A stretch of DNA of 64,000 nt from Eledone cirrhosa (Eukaryota): assembly GCA_964016885.1 (NCBI GenBank), contig OZ024744.1:113274001-113338000 (forward strand). Reading direction: 5' to 3'. Made by a program: the position numbers and the translations under genes. Each line of letters begins with the position of its first letter. Position 1 is the stretch's first letter. Positions 1 through 12,019 of the stretch are shown in pieces. Under the pieces are notes generated by a model that had not been told where the DNA came from, did not search any database, and saw only the letters and a list, made by a program, of their open reading frames with translations.

Positions 1-46
1 CGCGTGACTGTTTTGAGCAAAATATATTTCAAATTTTCAATGCCCT

Positions 47-145
47 AGGGACCACATTAGTCACCGGAACGTCACGCCGTTATAATATCTGTCTGTATGT
101 CTGGCTGTCTGCATTACGAAATTATGACTTCGCTATCTGTGTGTG

Positions 146-194
<49 letters not shown>

Positions 195-734
195 ATATAT
201 ATATATATTCTTCTCATTGCTGACGTATTATCTTTGCTATTTTACGCTCATTGCCAGGGAAAGTCTTCACAAACCAAAGTATCGTCTTTCTGTTTCCCTT
301 CGGTTGCAACGTTTTTCAAGATATTTACTTCTGCGTTCACAGATTGATTTTTATAGTTTCAGAAGATCCTGTTAAGGGTGAAAGCAGCGATTCTTTGCTT
401 GAATTTTAATTTGTTATTTTAATATATATATATAAATAATTATATATTTGCGTAGAGATATTTTTGCATACACAATAGCAAAATATAAACAAACCTATGT
501 ATTTCACAAGGCTCGACAGCAGCAAAAACAAAAACAAAAAAGAAAGGGAACGCAATTACATGCTTTTGAAAAAACTTAATAGAAAATTATTTGCCTATTC
601 ACCCAAGGCGACTTCCTTTTTCATTAGGACTTCTGCATCAATTGGTGAACATACGACGAAACTGTTTCAGAAAGGAGGGATAAACATGCCAATCTATGTT
701 TAGAATCCCGAGCAACGCCGGGCCATTCTGCTAG
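47..734 (+). mobile_element. Non-autonomous Helitron-like element (3' end clear, 5' end approximate)
   Basis: Ends in a GC hairpin (cccgagcaacgccggg) followed by ccattctgCTAG|t at 707-735, the canonical Helitron 3' signature. The left part (gggaccacattag...tctgtctgtatgtctggctgtctgcatta) is shared in reverse orientation with 56333-56778. Confidence 0.6.
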
Positions 735-758
735 TTCTTACTGTAAACATGGACTTAC

Positions 759-794
759 CTCTGCACAAGCTTTCAGACTTCCTCCACGGAATCC
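759..794 (-). CDS. GSTCD: GSTCD coding exon, 36 nt, GFRGGSLKACAE
   Basis: Minus strand reads tttcag|GGATTCCGTGGAGGAAGTCTGAAAGCTTGTGCAGAG|gtaagt, phase 0 at both ends. It continues the upstream exon ending ...FKDLL and matches the vertebrate GSTCD motif LLGFKKTCLKACAEVSQW (recalled). Absent from the ORF track. Confidence 0.88.
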
Positions 795-890
795 CTGAAA
801 CAATAAAGTTAATGCTTGAATGAATTAAAATTTTTCAAAACATAATCAGAAAATGAAACAAAGTAAAATGTAGAATATGTTTATATTGTT

Positions 891-3266
891 ACAATAAAAT
901 ACACCCAGTACACTCTGTAAACTGGTAGTGCTCATGGTATGATAAAATACACCCAGTACACTCTGTAATGTGGTAGTGGTGGTGTCATGATAAAATACAC
1001 TCAGTACACTCTGTAAAGTGGTAGTGTTCGTGTCACAATAAAATACACCCAGTACACTCTGTAAACTGGTAGTGCTCATGGTATGATAAAATACATCCAG
1101 TACACTCTGTAATGTGGTAGTGGTGGTGTCATGATAAAATACACTCAGTACACTCTGTAAAGTGGTAGTGTTCGTGTCACAATAAAATACACCCAGTACA
1201 CTCTGTAATGTGGTAGTGCACGTGGTATGATAAAATACACCCAGTACACAATGTAAAGTGGTTGTATAGGTGTCATGATATAATACACCCAGTATACTCT
1301 GTAAAGTGGTAATGTTGGTGTTATGATAAAATACACCCAGTACACTCTGTAAAGTGGTCGTGTTGGTGTCATGATATAATACACCTAGTACACTCTGTAA
1401 TGTGGTAGTGTTGATGTCATGATAAAATACACTCAGTACACTCTGTAAAGTGGTAGTGTTGATGTCATGATAAAATACAGTCAGTACACTCTGTAAACTG
1501 GAAGTGTTGGTGTTACAATAAAATACACCCAGTACACTCTGTAAACTGGTAGTGTCATGATAAAATACACCCAGTACACTCTGTAAACTGGAAGTGTTGA
1601 TGTCATGATAAAATACACCCAGTACACTCTGTAAAGAGGTAGTGTTGGTATCACAATATAATACACCCAGTACACTCTGTAATTTGGTAGTGGTGGTGTC
1701 ATTATAAAATGATGCACCCAGTATACTTTGTAAAGAGATCATGCTGGTGTCACAATAAAATACACCTAGTACACTCTGTAAATTGGTAGTGTTGGTGTCA
1801 TGATAAAACACCCAGTACACCCTGTAAAGTGGTAGTGTTGGTGCCATGATAAAATACACCGAGTACACTCTGTAAAGTGGTAGTACTGGTGTCATGATAA
1901 AATACACCCAGTACACTCTGTAAAGTGGTAGTGCTGGTGTCATAATAAAATACACCCAGTACACTCTGTGAAGAGATGGTGCTGATGTCACAATAAAATA
2001 CACCCAGTACACTCTCTTAAGTGGTAGTATTGGTGTCATGATAAAACACCCAGTACACTCTGTAATGTGGTAGTGTTGGGGTCACAATAAAATACACTTA
2101 GTACACTCTGTAAAATGGTAGTGCTGGTGTCACAATAAAATATACCCAGTACAGTGTAAAGTGGTAATGTTGATGTCATGATATAATACACCCAGTACAC
2201 TCTGTAAAGTGGTAGTGTTGCTGCCGTGATAAAATACACCCAGTACACTCTGTAAATTGCTAGTGTTGGTGTCATAATATAATACACCCAGTACACTCTG
2301 TAAAGTGGTAGTGCTGGTGTCCCAATAAAATACACCCAGTACACTCTGTAAATTGGTAGTGTTGGTGTCATGATATAATACACCCAGTACACTCTGTAAA
2401 GTGGTAGTGTTGGTGTCCCAATAAAATACACCCAGTACAGTCTGTAAAGTGGTAGTGTTGGTGTCATGATAAAATACACCCAGTACACTCTGTAAAGTGG
2501 TAGTGTTGGTGCCGTGATAAAATACACCCAGTACACTCTGTAAAGTGGTAGTGTTGATGTCATGATATAGTACACTCTGTAAAGTGGTAGTGTTGGTGCC
2601 GTGATAAAATACACCCAGTACACTCTGTAAAGTGGTAGTTTTGGTGTCATGATATAGTACACTCTGTAAAGTGGTAGCGTTGGTGCCGTGATAAAATACA
2701 CCCAGTACACTCTGTAAAGTGGTACTTTTGGTGTCATGATAAAATACACCCAGTACACTCTGTAAAGCGGTAGAGTTGGTGCCGTGATAAAATACACCCA
2801 GTACACTCTGTAAAGTGGTAGTGTTGGTGTCATGATATAGTACACTCTGTAAAGTGGTAGTGTTGGTGCCGTGATAAAATACACCCGGTACACTCTGTAA
2901 AGTGGTGGTGTTGGTGTCATGATAAAATACACCCAGTACACTCTGTAAAGTGGTAGTGTTGGTGTCATGATAAAATACATCCAGTACACTCTGTAAAGTG
3001 GTAGTGTTGATGTCATTATATAATACACCCAGTACACTCTGTAAAGTGGTAGTGCTGGTGTCATGATAAAATACACCCAGTACACTCTGTAAAATGGTAG
3101 TGTTGATGTCATTATATAATACACCCAGTACACTCTGTAAAGTGGTAGTGTTGATATCATTATATAATACACCCAGTACACTCTGTAAAGTGGTCGTGTT
3201 GGTGTCACAATAAAATACACCCAGTACACTCTGTAAAGTGGTAGTGTTGGTGTCGTGATAAAATAC
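891..3266. repeat. Intronic minisatellite, 48-bp unit (with 39-bp deletion variants), roughly 50 copies
   Basis: Unit gataaaatacacccagtacactctgtaaagtggtagtgttggtgtcat. It explains the 16-aa periodic ORFs at 846-3326. Confidence 0.95.
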
Positions 3267-3307
3267 TGAGGATTCAGTTGTGATGATGATACTAATAATA
3301 ATAATAA

Positions 3308-3870
3308 TTGTTTCTACTTTAGGCACAACGCCAGCAATTACCCAGTGTATTACTGGTACTTTATTTTATCGTAAAGGGCCGTAACTCTATGCTGGAAAGC
3401 ATGGCGTCCGACCCTCTACCGATACTGCCAATTCACCGCCCATAATAATAATAATGGTGGGGGATAATGATGATGAAACAAGATTATGGGATTCATAATA
3501 ATTGTTTCTACTTTTGGCACAAGGCCAGCAAATATTACTGGTACTTTATTTTATGGACCCCGTAAGGATGAAAGGCAAAGTTAACCTCGGCGGGATTTGA
3601 ACTCAATCAATGTGCTGCAAAGCATGGCATCGTCCGACCCTCTACCGATACTGCCAATCCACTCTAATTTAGACACAAGCCCAGCAGATTTGTGGGACAG
3701 GGCAAAATTGATTAAATGAACACCAGTATTCGACTGGTATCTTATTTCATCAACCACCGAAAGGATGAAAGGCAAAATTAAGATCAGCCGGATTGGAACT
3801 CAGGATGTTAAGAGAGTCAGAACAAATATCACAACAGCATATTATCTAACGCTCTACCAATTGTGCCACC
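3308..3870 (-). mobile_element. Cluster of three partial tRNA-derived SINEs
   Basis: Reverse complement of the family at 23637-24232 (ggcagtatcggtagagggtcggacgccatgc...gagttcaaatcccgccgaggttaactttgcctttcatcc...ccttgtgccaaaagtagaaac). Confidence 0.8.
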
Positions 3871-4062
3871 ACTCATCATCAGTTTGATTAGGGCTGATTG
3901 GAGGCTGTATTTGAGATCTCATTCAATGAGAGCTAACCTTGGGATTTAGACCTAGAAAGTTACTTTCTGAAGCACCAATCCAGGCAATCTATAACACTCT
4001 CCGCTCTCTACACCGCTGATGTTGTCCAAGGGAAAGGAAAAGTCTGATACAGCTTGGCACGT

Positions 4063-4625
4063 ATCATCATCATCATCATCATCAGGTTTAGCGTCCGTGT
4101 TCCACGCTTGCATGGGTTTGGACGGGGGTATTCCCACTTGAGGCAAGAGTGGTTGTCTTGCTCGCATAGGACTGTCTGGTGGGTTTTCTACAGCTGGATG
4201 CCCTTCCTAAAACCAACCACATTTACAGTGTGGGGCTGGGAGGTTTTTACCGTGTTGCCTACACGGCCACATTACAGCGTGGACTGTCTGGCGGGTTTTC
4301 TACAGCTGGATGCCCTTCCTAACACCAACCACATTTACAGTGTGGGGCTGGGAGGTTTTTACCGTGTTGCCTACACGGCCACATTACAGCGTGGACTGTC
4401 TGGCGGGTTTTCTACAGCTGGATGCCCTTCCTAACACCAACCACATTTACAGTGTGGGGCTGGGAGGTTTTTACCGTGTTGCCTACACGGCCACATTACA
4501 GCGTGGACTGTCTGGCGGGTTTTCTACAGTTGGATGCCCTTCCTAACACCAACCACATTTACAGTGTGGCGCTGGGAGGTTTTTACCGTGTTGCCTACAC
4601 GGCCACATTTACAGCGTGGACTGTG
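4063..4625 (-). mobile_element. Non-autonomous RTE-derived element with (GAT)n tail and an internal 4 x 112-bp tandem array
   Basis: (atc)n at 4063-4084 is followed by the reverse RTE 3' tail. 112-bp units start near 4169, 4281, 4393 and 4505, each containing ctacagctggatgcccttcctaacaccaacc. Confidence 0.8.
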
Positions 4626-4894
4626 TGTTTTTTGTCGTGACACCTACACGATCTCGTTTGTTTCGGCCTGGATGTTGTGGGACCAACATAACTTTATGGG
4701 GTGAGGTGGTGGGACGGGGGTGTGTTTTGATAGAGATGCATACTGACTGTAGTATATATATATATATATACAAAGAAATACCTCTCATTATTTTGGATAT
4801 AAAATAAACCACATTTGTGCTTTAAATGAATATTTGAACACCTTACTGTTGTTTTATCAACTGATAGAATTCTCTATCTATCTATCTATATATA

Positions 4895-5408
4895 CGAGTC
4901 CATTGTCATGATCAAACTGCCACCCTCCTTCAAAAACGAAGGAGAGGCGGTTTTCCTTTGTGTGATAGCTATGGCGAAAGAGGTTATATGGTGGACAAAG
5001 TTAAAAGGGCTGAGGTCAGACACCTTTCTCTCCGGCCAACAACTGGTTCTTTTTTTCAAATACACCTTTGGAAGAAGAATCAGGATGGAGAGAGAGGTGC
5101 TGTACCCCAGCAAGTTTTATGAAAGGTGGGTGAAAGTGGCAAGAATGGCCCGAGTGAATGGGCCTTCTCTCTATATCAGCCTGTAGGTTGAGGAAAAGGA
5201 GTACAAACTCTTCGTACTCCTGGAGATGAGGATTGCACATATTTTCGGGGGTATGTGTTGCCCATATGAACTGTCTCACCCTATTGGGGAAAATTGACTA
5301 ATTTTTTTAATTGCATTTGTGATAATATTTTACACGTTTTTATTGTATTTAAACTTCCCCCTTTGTATTTGTCCCCTTCTGTTGTGCCCCTGTGGCTAAT
5401 AAAGAAAC
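4895..5408 (+). mobile_element. 3' fragment of an L1/Tx1-like LINE (ORF2 C-terminus plus 3' UTR)
   Basis: ORF 4908-5186 (AMAKEVIWWTK...IRMERE...FYERW) resembles the Tx1/L1 ORF2 C-terminus. It is followed by a T-rich UTR ending in ctAATAAAgaaa. Confidence 0.5.
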
Positions 5409-5411
5409 ATA

Positions 5412-6142
5412 TCCGAACAGCGATGTTGCATGGTAGTGAGACCTGGGCGCTGAAGGTGGAAGACTTACGTAGATTAGAGAGAAACGAAGCCTGCATGCTC
5501 CGATGGATGTGTAACAGTAATATACGTGAACGACAAAGCATAAATGAATTGAGAGAGAGACTGAGCATAAGAGGAATCAAATGCTGCGTGCAGGAGAGGC
5601 GGTTACGCTGGTATGGACATGTGATGCGTATGAAGGATGACAGCTGCATAAAAAGGTGCAGAGCACTAGAAGTTGATGGAAACCGCGGAGTGGGGAGACC
5701 CAAGATGACTTGGGATGAGGTGATAAAAGCCGACCTTACCCAACTACACCTCTCAAAGTCAATGACACACGACCGTGACTTCTGGCGTCACGCAGTAATA
5801 CAGGGTACCCGACCTCCCATGGGTACATGCTGAAGCATATAAACAATATGCCCCCCCCCCCCCCCACCGCAAGGTGGTCGTGGAGGTGCCACGGCAAAAA
5901 AGCACCCAGCCCACACTGTAAAGTGGACGTGTAGGCGCCACGAAAAAGCACCCAGCACTCACTGTAAATGAGGTTGGTGTTAGGAAGGGCATCCAGCTGT
6001 AGAAATCAAGCCAGATCAGTTCCTGTATGAGCAAGGCATGGTCAGCCGACCAGACACTGCCCACAACAGGACAACCCGTCTAACCCATGCTAGCGTGGAA
6101 GAACGGACGTAAAACGGTGATGATGATGATGATGATGATGAT
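5412..6142 (+). mobile_element. 5'-truncated RTE-clade LINE, family B
   Basis: Encodes MLHGSETW...RRLRWYGHVMRM...RGVGRPKMTW (RTE ORF2 C-terminus). Ends ccgtctaacccatgctagcgtggaagaacggacgtaaaacg(gat)n. Confidence 0.9.
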
Positions 6143-6370
6143 CTATATATACTGTACATATACAATACATACACTACATATAAGTTGTCCAAGGAAAAGG
6201 AAAAGGCCAATACAGCACGTCACATTTTCTTTGCCAGTTGAGTAAGTAAAATAAACTAATGTGCTGAGGGACACAACATATCACCCAGTCCAGGAATGAA
6301 AGTCACAACCTCGTGATTGTGAACCCAACACTCTAACCAGTTTGTGTTGACAACAATAACAACAACTTAC

Positions 6371-6736
6371 CAATAAATCTTTAAAATCTTCTGTTGGATA
6401 CATATTATGAGCAATCGTTATAATCTGTCGTATGACATTGCAGAGTCCTGATCGGATTAGGTTGCTGTTAGAAGTGACCAAAACCGGCAATGAGCAGACA
6501 CTAACCGAACATGGTACTTCACTGTGTCTTATAAAATTTACTTTCAGAGACTCCAACGTATGATCATTTATAGTTATTTGAAGTTTTTCACATGCTTTGT
6601 CATCTATGATGTTTAGAATTACCCCGTCTTCCAAATGACAGTAATGGATAGCAAATACAACAGCGCACGAATTAAGAGGAAGTACAAAAGTGTCTTCATT
6701 TGTTTTCTGTCCACAGAGATATATTTCTGTAGACAT
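6371..6736 (-). CDS. GSTCD: Glutathione S-transferase C-terminal domain-containing protein, first coding exon (exon extends to 6803 as 5' UTR)
   Basis: MSTEIYLCG...LPLNSCAVVFAIHYC...VPCSVSVCSLPVLV...RSGLCNVIRQII...DLL aligns by eye with the GSTCD N-terminus (YL...FPLHTSVTLFLLSYC...LPPIVQNCCLPAVV...RAGLAVVLRHII...ELL). Acceptor cctctctttcag at 6804, donor gtaagt at 6370. Confidence 0.88.
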
Positions 6737-6904
6737 TGTTGATTAATGTTGGTATATGTGGTAAGAGAATCCTCACAATCTACAGCAAACTGTCCGCTGG
6801 TCACTGAAAGAGAGGAACATAAAACAAAAGTTTAAGAAAAATAGTCACATTGATAATTGCTAGTGGTCAGATGTGGCCTCAGATTGTGTGACCAGGTAAT
6901 ACAC

Positions 6905-7522
6905 CATCCCCCAATCACACCGTCAACTAATCACACTGTCCACCAATCACACCGTCAACTAATCACACTGTCCACCAATCACACCGTCAACTAATCACAC
7001 TGTCCACCAATCGCACTGTCAACTAATCACACTGTCCACCAATCACACCGTCAACTAATCACACTGTCCACCAATCACACTGTCCACCAATCACACTGTC
7101 CACCAATCACACCGTCAACTAATCACACTGTCCACCAATCACACCATCAACTAATCACACTGTCCACCAATCACACCGTCAACTAATCACACTGTCCACC
7201 AATCACACCATCAACTAATCACACTGTCCACCAATCACACCGTCAACTAATCACACTGTCCACCAATCACACCGTCAACTAATCACACTGTCCACCAATC
7301 ACACCGTCAACTAATCACGCTGTCCACCAATCACACTGTCAACTAATCACACTGTCCACCAATCACACCATCCATCAATCATACCATCAACCTATCAGAC
7401 AGACCATCCACCAATCACACAATTCACCAATCACACCAACCACCAATCAGACCATCCACCAATCACACCGTCCATCCATCATACCATCAACCAATCAGAC
7501 TATCCACCAATCACACCAACCA
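6905..7522. repeat. Minisatellite of 16-bp monomers forming a 32-bp dimer
   Basis: Alternating caccaatcacaccgtc and aactaatcacactgtc, degenerating at the right end. Confidence 0.92.
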
Positions 7523-7814
7523 CTAAACAGTTTGCTCCTTTGAGAATGGAATGCATGCTATCCACTGATAATGCAGACAAAATGATTTAGAAAAAAAGAA
7601 TAACATGGGACACAACAGAATTTCACTTGCAGTCAATGTGTCTGGGTCTGTTTCTCCAATCTTGGTCTTGTCAGCCCCCAGTAGGCCTGCAATTGACGTT
7701 GGTAAGGTCTCTCTCTCCTATCTTTGTGCCGTAAACCCCCAGCACTGCAGTTGATGTAAGGTCTTTTCACTAATGACAACCAGAGAGTAGAAATAAAGTC
7801 AGCAAGAAATCTGA

Positions 7815-8170
7815 TTATAATATTACTAAGCTATTATTTAGAGCAATGAACTGTAGTTACAGATATTTTCTGTGTTTGGGATTTTGACATTTTCTAAGAA
7901 TTTCAATTGCCCTCAACAATCCGATAGTTTGTTTTGGAAATATTTACATCCAAAGGTTACTGTTTATGTTTTTATTTCAAGGTTGTTTGGCTAGAACTTG
8001 AGGGACAAAGTTTGATTCTCTATAGTAGCTGCAGGTAACTTTTTTCCATCTATAGGGGTATTTTACGTGATCTTCTAAGCTATTATTTATAACAATCAAC
8101 TGTAGTTACAGTTATATTCAACATTTGGGATTCCTACATTTTCTAACAATTTTAACATCATTTGTTTTTG
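7815..8170. repeat. Unclassified interspersed repeat; inverted copy at 29810-30135
   Basis: tttgattctctatagtagctgcaggtaacttttttccatctataggggtattttac...tattatttataacaatcaactgtagttacag recurs as reverse complement at about 29830-29945. Confidence 0.8.
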
Positions 8171-8630
8171 TAACTTTCATCTAGATATAGACATAACTGT
8201 GTAGTTAAGATGTTCACTTTGCAAACACATGGGTTTGTATCCACTCCCACAAGTGGGCAAGTGTTTTCTACTATTGCCCCTGGTGGCCCAATGCCTTGTT
8301 AGTGGCAACAGGTCGACAGAGACTGTGACAAAAGTTTCAATGCAGTTTTTGAAAGCATTGTGACAATAATACAAAAGATTAGAAGCCCAAAAATTGCATA
8401 TAAAATTTAACATGGTATTTTATTCATAAATGTTCAACCTTAAAAGACATTCAATACAATACACTCACTCACATGCCACTCTTTTTTATCCTCCTCTATC
8501 TCTACTACAGATGAAGGACTAACATCTGGTACATTGAACTTCCCTTTTTCCTTTTCAAAGTGTGAACCGAATAAGACTTCTGTTGTTGTATCATTGTTTT
8601 TTTTGTTTTTTTTAACTATATATATGTATA

Positions 8631-8662
<32 letters not shown>

Positions 8663-9164
8663 CAAATTTTAGTACAGCATTAACGAAGCTTTAGGCTGCG
8701 GCTAAGCTAACGAACGCAGATTCGGAATGCAGCTTAGCACTCAATGGAGAATAATACCGCAGAGTTATAACATATATATATATATAATATATATATATGT
8801 ATATATACAGAGAAAGGACCCTCCAGTCATGTCAAGGGTATGACAACCTCCCTAATGTTGGTGCTTTGCACGATAAACGCACCCAGTACAATGTAAAGTG
8901 GTTGGCAATAGGAAGGGCATCCAGCCATATAAATCTTGCTAAACAAGGGTTGGGCGAACCGTCAGTTGTGTCAAAGGCATCACAACCTCTACTGAGCACT
9001 TGGTGAAACATGAGACTGTTCACAGGTGTCTGGCCTATCTAGTAGATAAGTGGCTTCACTTCAGTTCTCACTTGGTCTATGTAACCCCATCTACCTGTTA
9101 TTTTTTATCTAAAGACATTTGTTCCACCCCACTGTCCCTTCAATTTATCTTATTTCTCATTCTT

Positions 9165-9200
9165 TCTTCTTATGAAGGACTAGCGTCCGAAACGTTAAGA
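9165..9200 (+). ncRNA. Degenerate minimal hammerhead ribozyme motif
   Basis: TCTT-CTtATGA-A-GGAC(tagc)GTCC-GAAA-CG-TT-AAGA. Stems I and II and the GAAA box are intact; core G5 is replaced by T. Confidence 0.6.
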
Positions 9201-9317
9201 CTCTCTTCCTGCTTTTTCAAGCATTAACTTAATATATTCCTTCCATATACTGTACGGATTGTGTTGTTATTGCTATTTACCTTTTACATATATATATATA
9301 TATATATATGTATATAT

Positions 9318-11605
9318 GAAGGTGTGGAAAAGAAAGGTCTGGAATCTAAAAGACGTTTCACTAAAATATAAATTTAGGAAAGCCCTTCAAGATGTGTATG
9401 ACGAAAAAGATGACGATTTAAAGGTGTATGACATAGATGATTACTGGAATTTCTTACGTGACAACTTACTGCAGGCTACTGAAGAGACTTGTGGCTGGAG
9501 CAGAGCTCCAACCAGACAGAGAGTGACCTGGTGGTGGAACAGCACAGTAGATAAGGCCATTAGAGACAAAAGACTAGCATGGAAGGCTTGGAAAAAGGTT
9601 GGGAGTAGAGAAGGATACACAGCCACTAAGAGAGAAGCAAGACGTCAGGTGTACTTAACACGCAGGGAGGCTGAGAGTAGGAGGTTTGCCAATGTTCTGC
9701 GACGGGAAGATCAGAGACGTGCAGTGTTCCGCATTGCAAAGCAGTGTGTTAGTGCAAATCAGGATGTTGGAGATAAATGTGTCCGGGATGATGCCGGTGT
9801 ACTTAGTGTCACAAATGATCAGAAAAAGGAGACCTGGAAATGCCATTATGAGAGATTGATGAATGTGGAGAACGAATGGGAGAGAGAGAAATTACCCCCC
9901 AGTAGACCCGACAGAGGGACCAACTATTGAGATTGACAAATATAGGGTCCAAGAGGCAATTAAGGAAATGAAAAATGGTAAGGCTGCTGGACCATCGGAA
10001 ATAGTTGCTGAGATGCTGAAGGCATCAGGAGAAGTAGGCACTAAACTGGTTGCACGCATCATCAATCAGGCTATATATGGCGGTGTTATACCCAAAGACT
10101 GGTGCAGCAGTATTCTCATAAATTGCTACAAAGGTAAAGGGGGTGCTCTGGAGAGGAGCAATTATAGGGGCATAAAGTTGATGGATCAGGTTATGAAAGT
10201 GGCAGAGAGAATATTAATGCAACTGATTAGAGAAAGGGTCAAATTAGATGAGATGCAGTTTGGTTTTGTGCCTGGGAAAAGTACAACAGATGCTCTCTTC
10301 TTTGTGAGACAACTACAAGAGAGGTTCTTAGAGAAGAATAAGCCACTATACTTAGCCTTTGTTGACCTAGAGAAGGCCTTTGATAGGGTACCCCGATCTG
10401 TCATCTGGTGGTCCCTAAGGAAACTAGGTGTTGAGGAATGGCTTGTGAGGACAGTGCAAGCTATGTACAGAGGTGCTGTCAGTAAAGTCAGGGTAGGAAT
10501 GGAGTTTAGTGAGGAATTCCAGTTTCAAGGTGTACATCAGGGTTAACTCCTCAGCCTGCTCTTGTTCATTATAGTCCTCTAAGCCATTACAGAGGAGTTT
10601 AAGACTGGCTGTCCATGGGAACTTCTCTATGCTGATGATCTGGTTCTTATAGCAGAATCAGTAGAGGAGCTAGAGAAGAAATTCTGGCTATGGAAACAGC
10701 AGTTGGAATCAAGAGGACTGAGAGTGAACATAGCTAAGACAAAAGTTTGATAAGTAGAAGAGAGGACAAAACTCTGATTCCATCAGAGAAATGGCCATGT
10801 TCGATATCTAGAAAAGGAACTGGCATAAATTTTATAAAATGTACGCAATACAGATCTTGGGTATACAAGAGATGTAGCGGGATAGCAGGCAAACTGACAG
10901 GTAGGGAAAACTACATATGCAGTAGATGTACAGGAAAAGTTGGCAGTAGAAGTCACATTGATAGACACATTTTTCAAATGCAGGTGGGTTCTATAGAAGT
11001 GGTTGATAGATTCCGGTACCTAGGTGATCAGATTAGCATGGGAGGGGGGCGGTTTCTGAGGCCATAGTATCTAGAATAAGGACGGGTTGGGAGAAGTTTA
11101 GGGAGCAGCTTCCTCTTTTGACAAAGAAGGGTTTCTCCCTGCGTACGAAAGGCCAGTTATATGCCTGTGTGAGATGCACGATGCTGCATGGTAGTGAGAC
11201 ATGGACAGCAACTGCAGAGGATATGCAACAGCTGGAGAGAAATGAAGCAAGTATGCTCCGTTGGATGTGCAATGTCAATGTGTGGGAATGACCAAGCATA
11301 GACGAGTTGTGAGAGAAAGTGTAGTGTCCAGGAGAGAAGGCTGAGATGGTATGGACATGTGATGCGCATGGAGGATACACGGTGGGTAAAGAAGTGTCAA
11401 GAAATCCCAGTAGAAGGAAGATGCAGTAGAGGAAGACCACAAAAAACATGGGCGGAGGTGGTGAGAGCTGACCTCAGATCCCTGAAACTCACAGAGATGA
11501 CGAAGGACCGTGACAAGTTGAGACAAGTGGAGAGATGCTGTGCTGAATAGGACCCATCCCACCCTTGCAAGCAGGGAAAAGCGGATGTAAATTGATGATG
11601 ATGAT
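9318..11605 (+). mobile_element. 5'-truncated RTE-clade LINE, family A (RT domain, frameshifted)
   Basis: ORFs 9259-11550 contain TWWWN, KAAGP, NYRGIKL, QFGF.PGKST, FVDLEKAFD, GVHQG, LLYADDL, FRYLG and RGRP..TW. Ends in a (gat)n tail. Confidence 0.95.
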
Positions 11606-11613
11606 ATATATAT

Positions 11614-11955
11614 GGAGGAACATGGCTTAGTGGTTAGAGCATTGGCCTTGCAATCGAAAGGTTGTGAGTTCAATTCTCAGACCGGGTGATGTGTTGTTTC
11701 CTTGAGCAAGACACTTTATTTCACATTGCTCCAGTTTACTCAGCTGTAGAAATGAGATGATAGGGACTGGGGTCCCTATCATTCCACTGTAAATTGGTCG
11801 TGGAGGTGACATGGAAAAAAAGCACCTAGCACTCACTGTAAATGAGGTTGGTGTTAGGAAGGGCATCCAGCTGTAGAAATCAAGCCAGAATCAGTTCCCA
11901 TCCCACCCTTGCAAGCAGGGAAAAGCGGACGTAAAATGAAATGATGATGATGATA
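11614..11955 (+). mobile_element. Full-length tRNA-derived SINE with RTE-derived middle and 3' tail
   Basis: A box tggcttagtggttagagc (11622), B box gagttcaattctc (11666), core ccttgagcaagacacttt...actcagctgtagaaatgag, then the RTE 5'UTR module and a tail almost identical to the adjacent LINE 3' end. Confidence 0.85.
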
Positions 11956-12019
11956 TATATATATATGGTGATAGACGGATGAATGGATGGGGGTTTTCTA
12001 GGGCTAATGGTATGGAGTT

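Noticed and set aside
846-3326. ~400-aa repetitive ORFs and a CRISPR-like regular array
   Set aside because: The 48-bp unit is a multiple of 3 and stop-free in some frames, which explains the ORFs. There are no unique spacers and no cas genes, and the array lies in a eukaryotic intron.
6281-6370. C-terminal part of ORF 6281-6736 (VSCCYCCQHK...)
   Set aside because: Read-through beyond the gtaagt donor at 6370 into intron and SINE sequence. GSTCD similarity resumes in exon 759-794.
11614-11690. Possible tRNA genes here and at 23637-24150
   Set aside because: A and B boxes are present, but there is no complete cloverleaf and each continues into a repeated SINE body.
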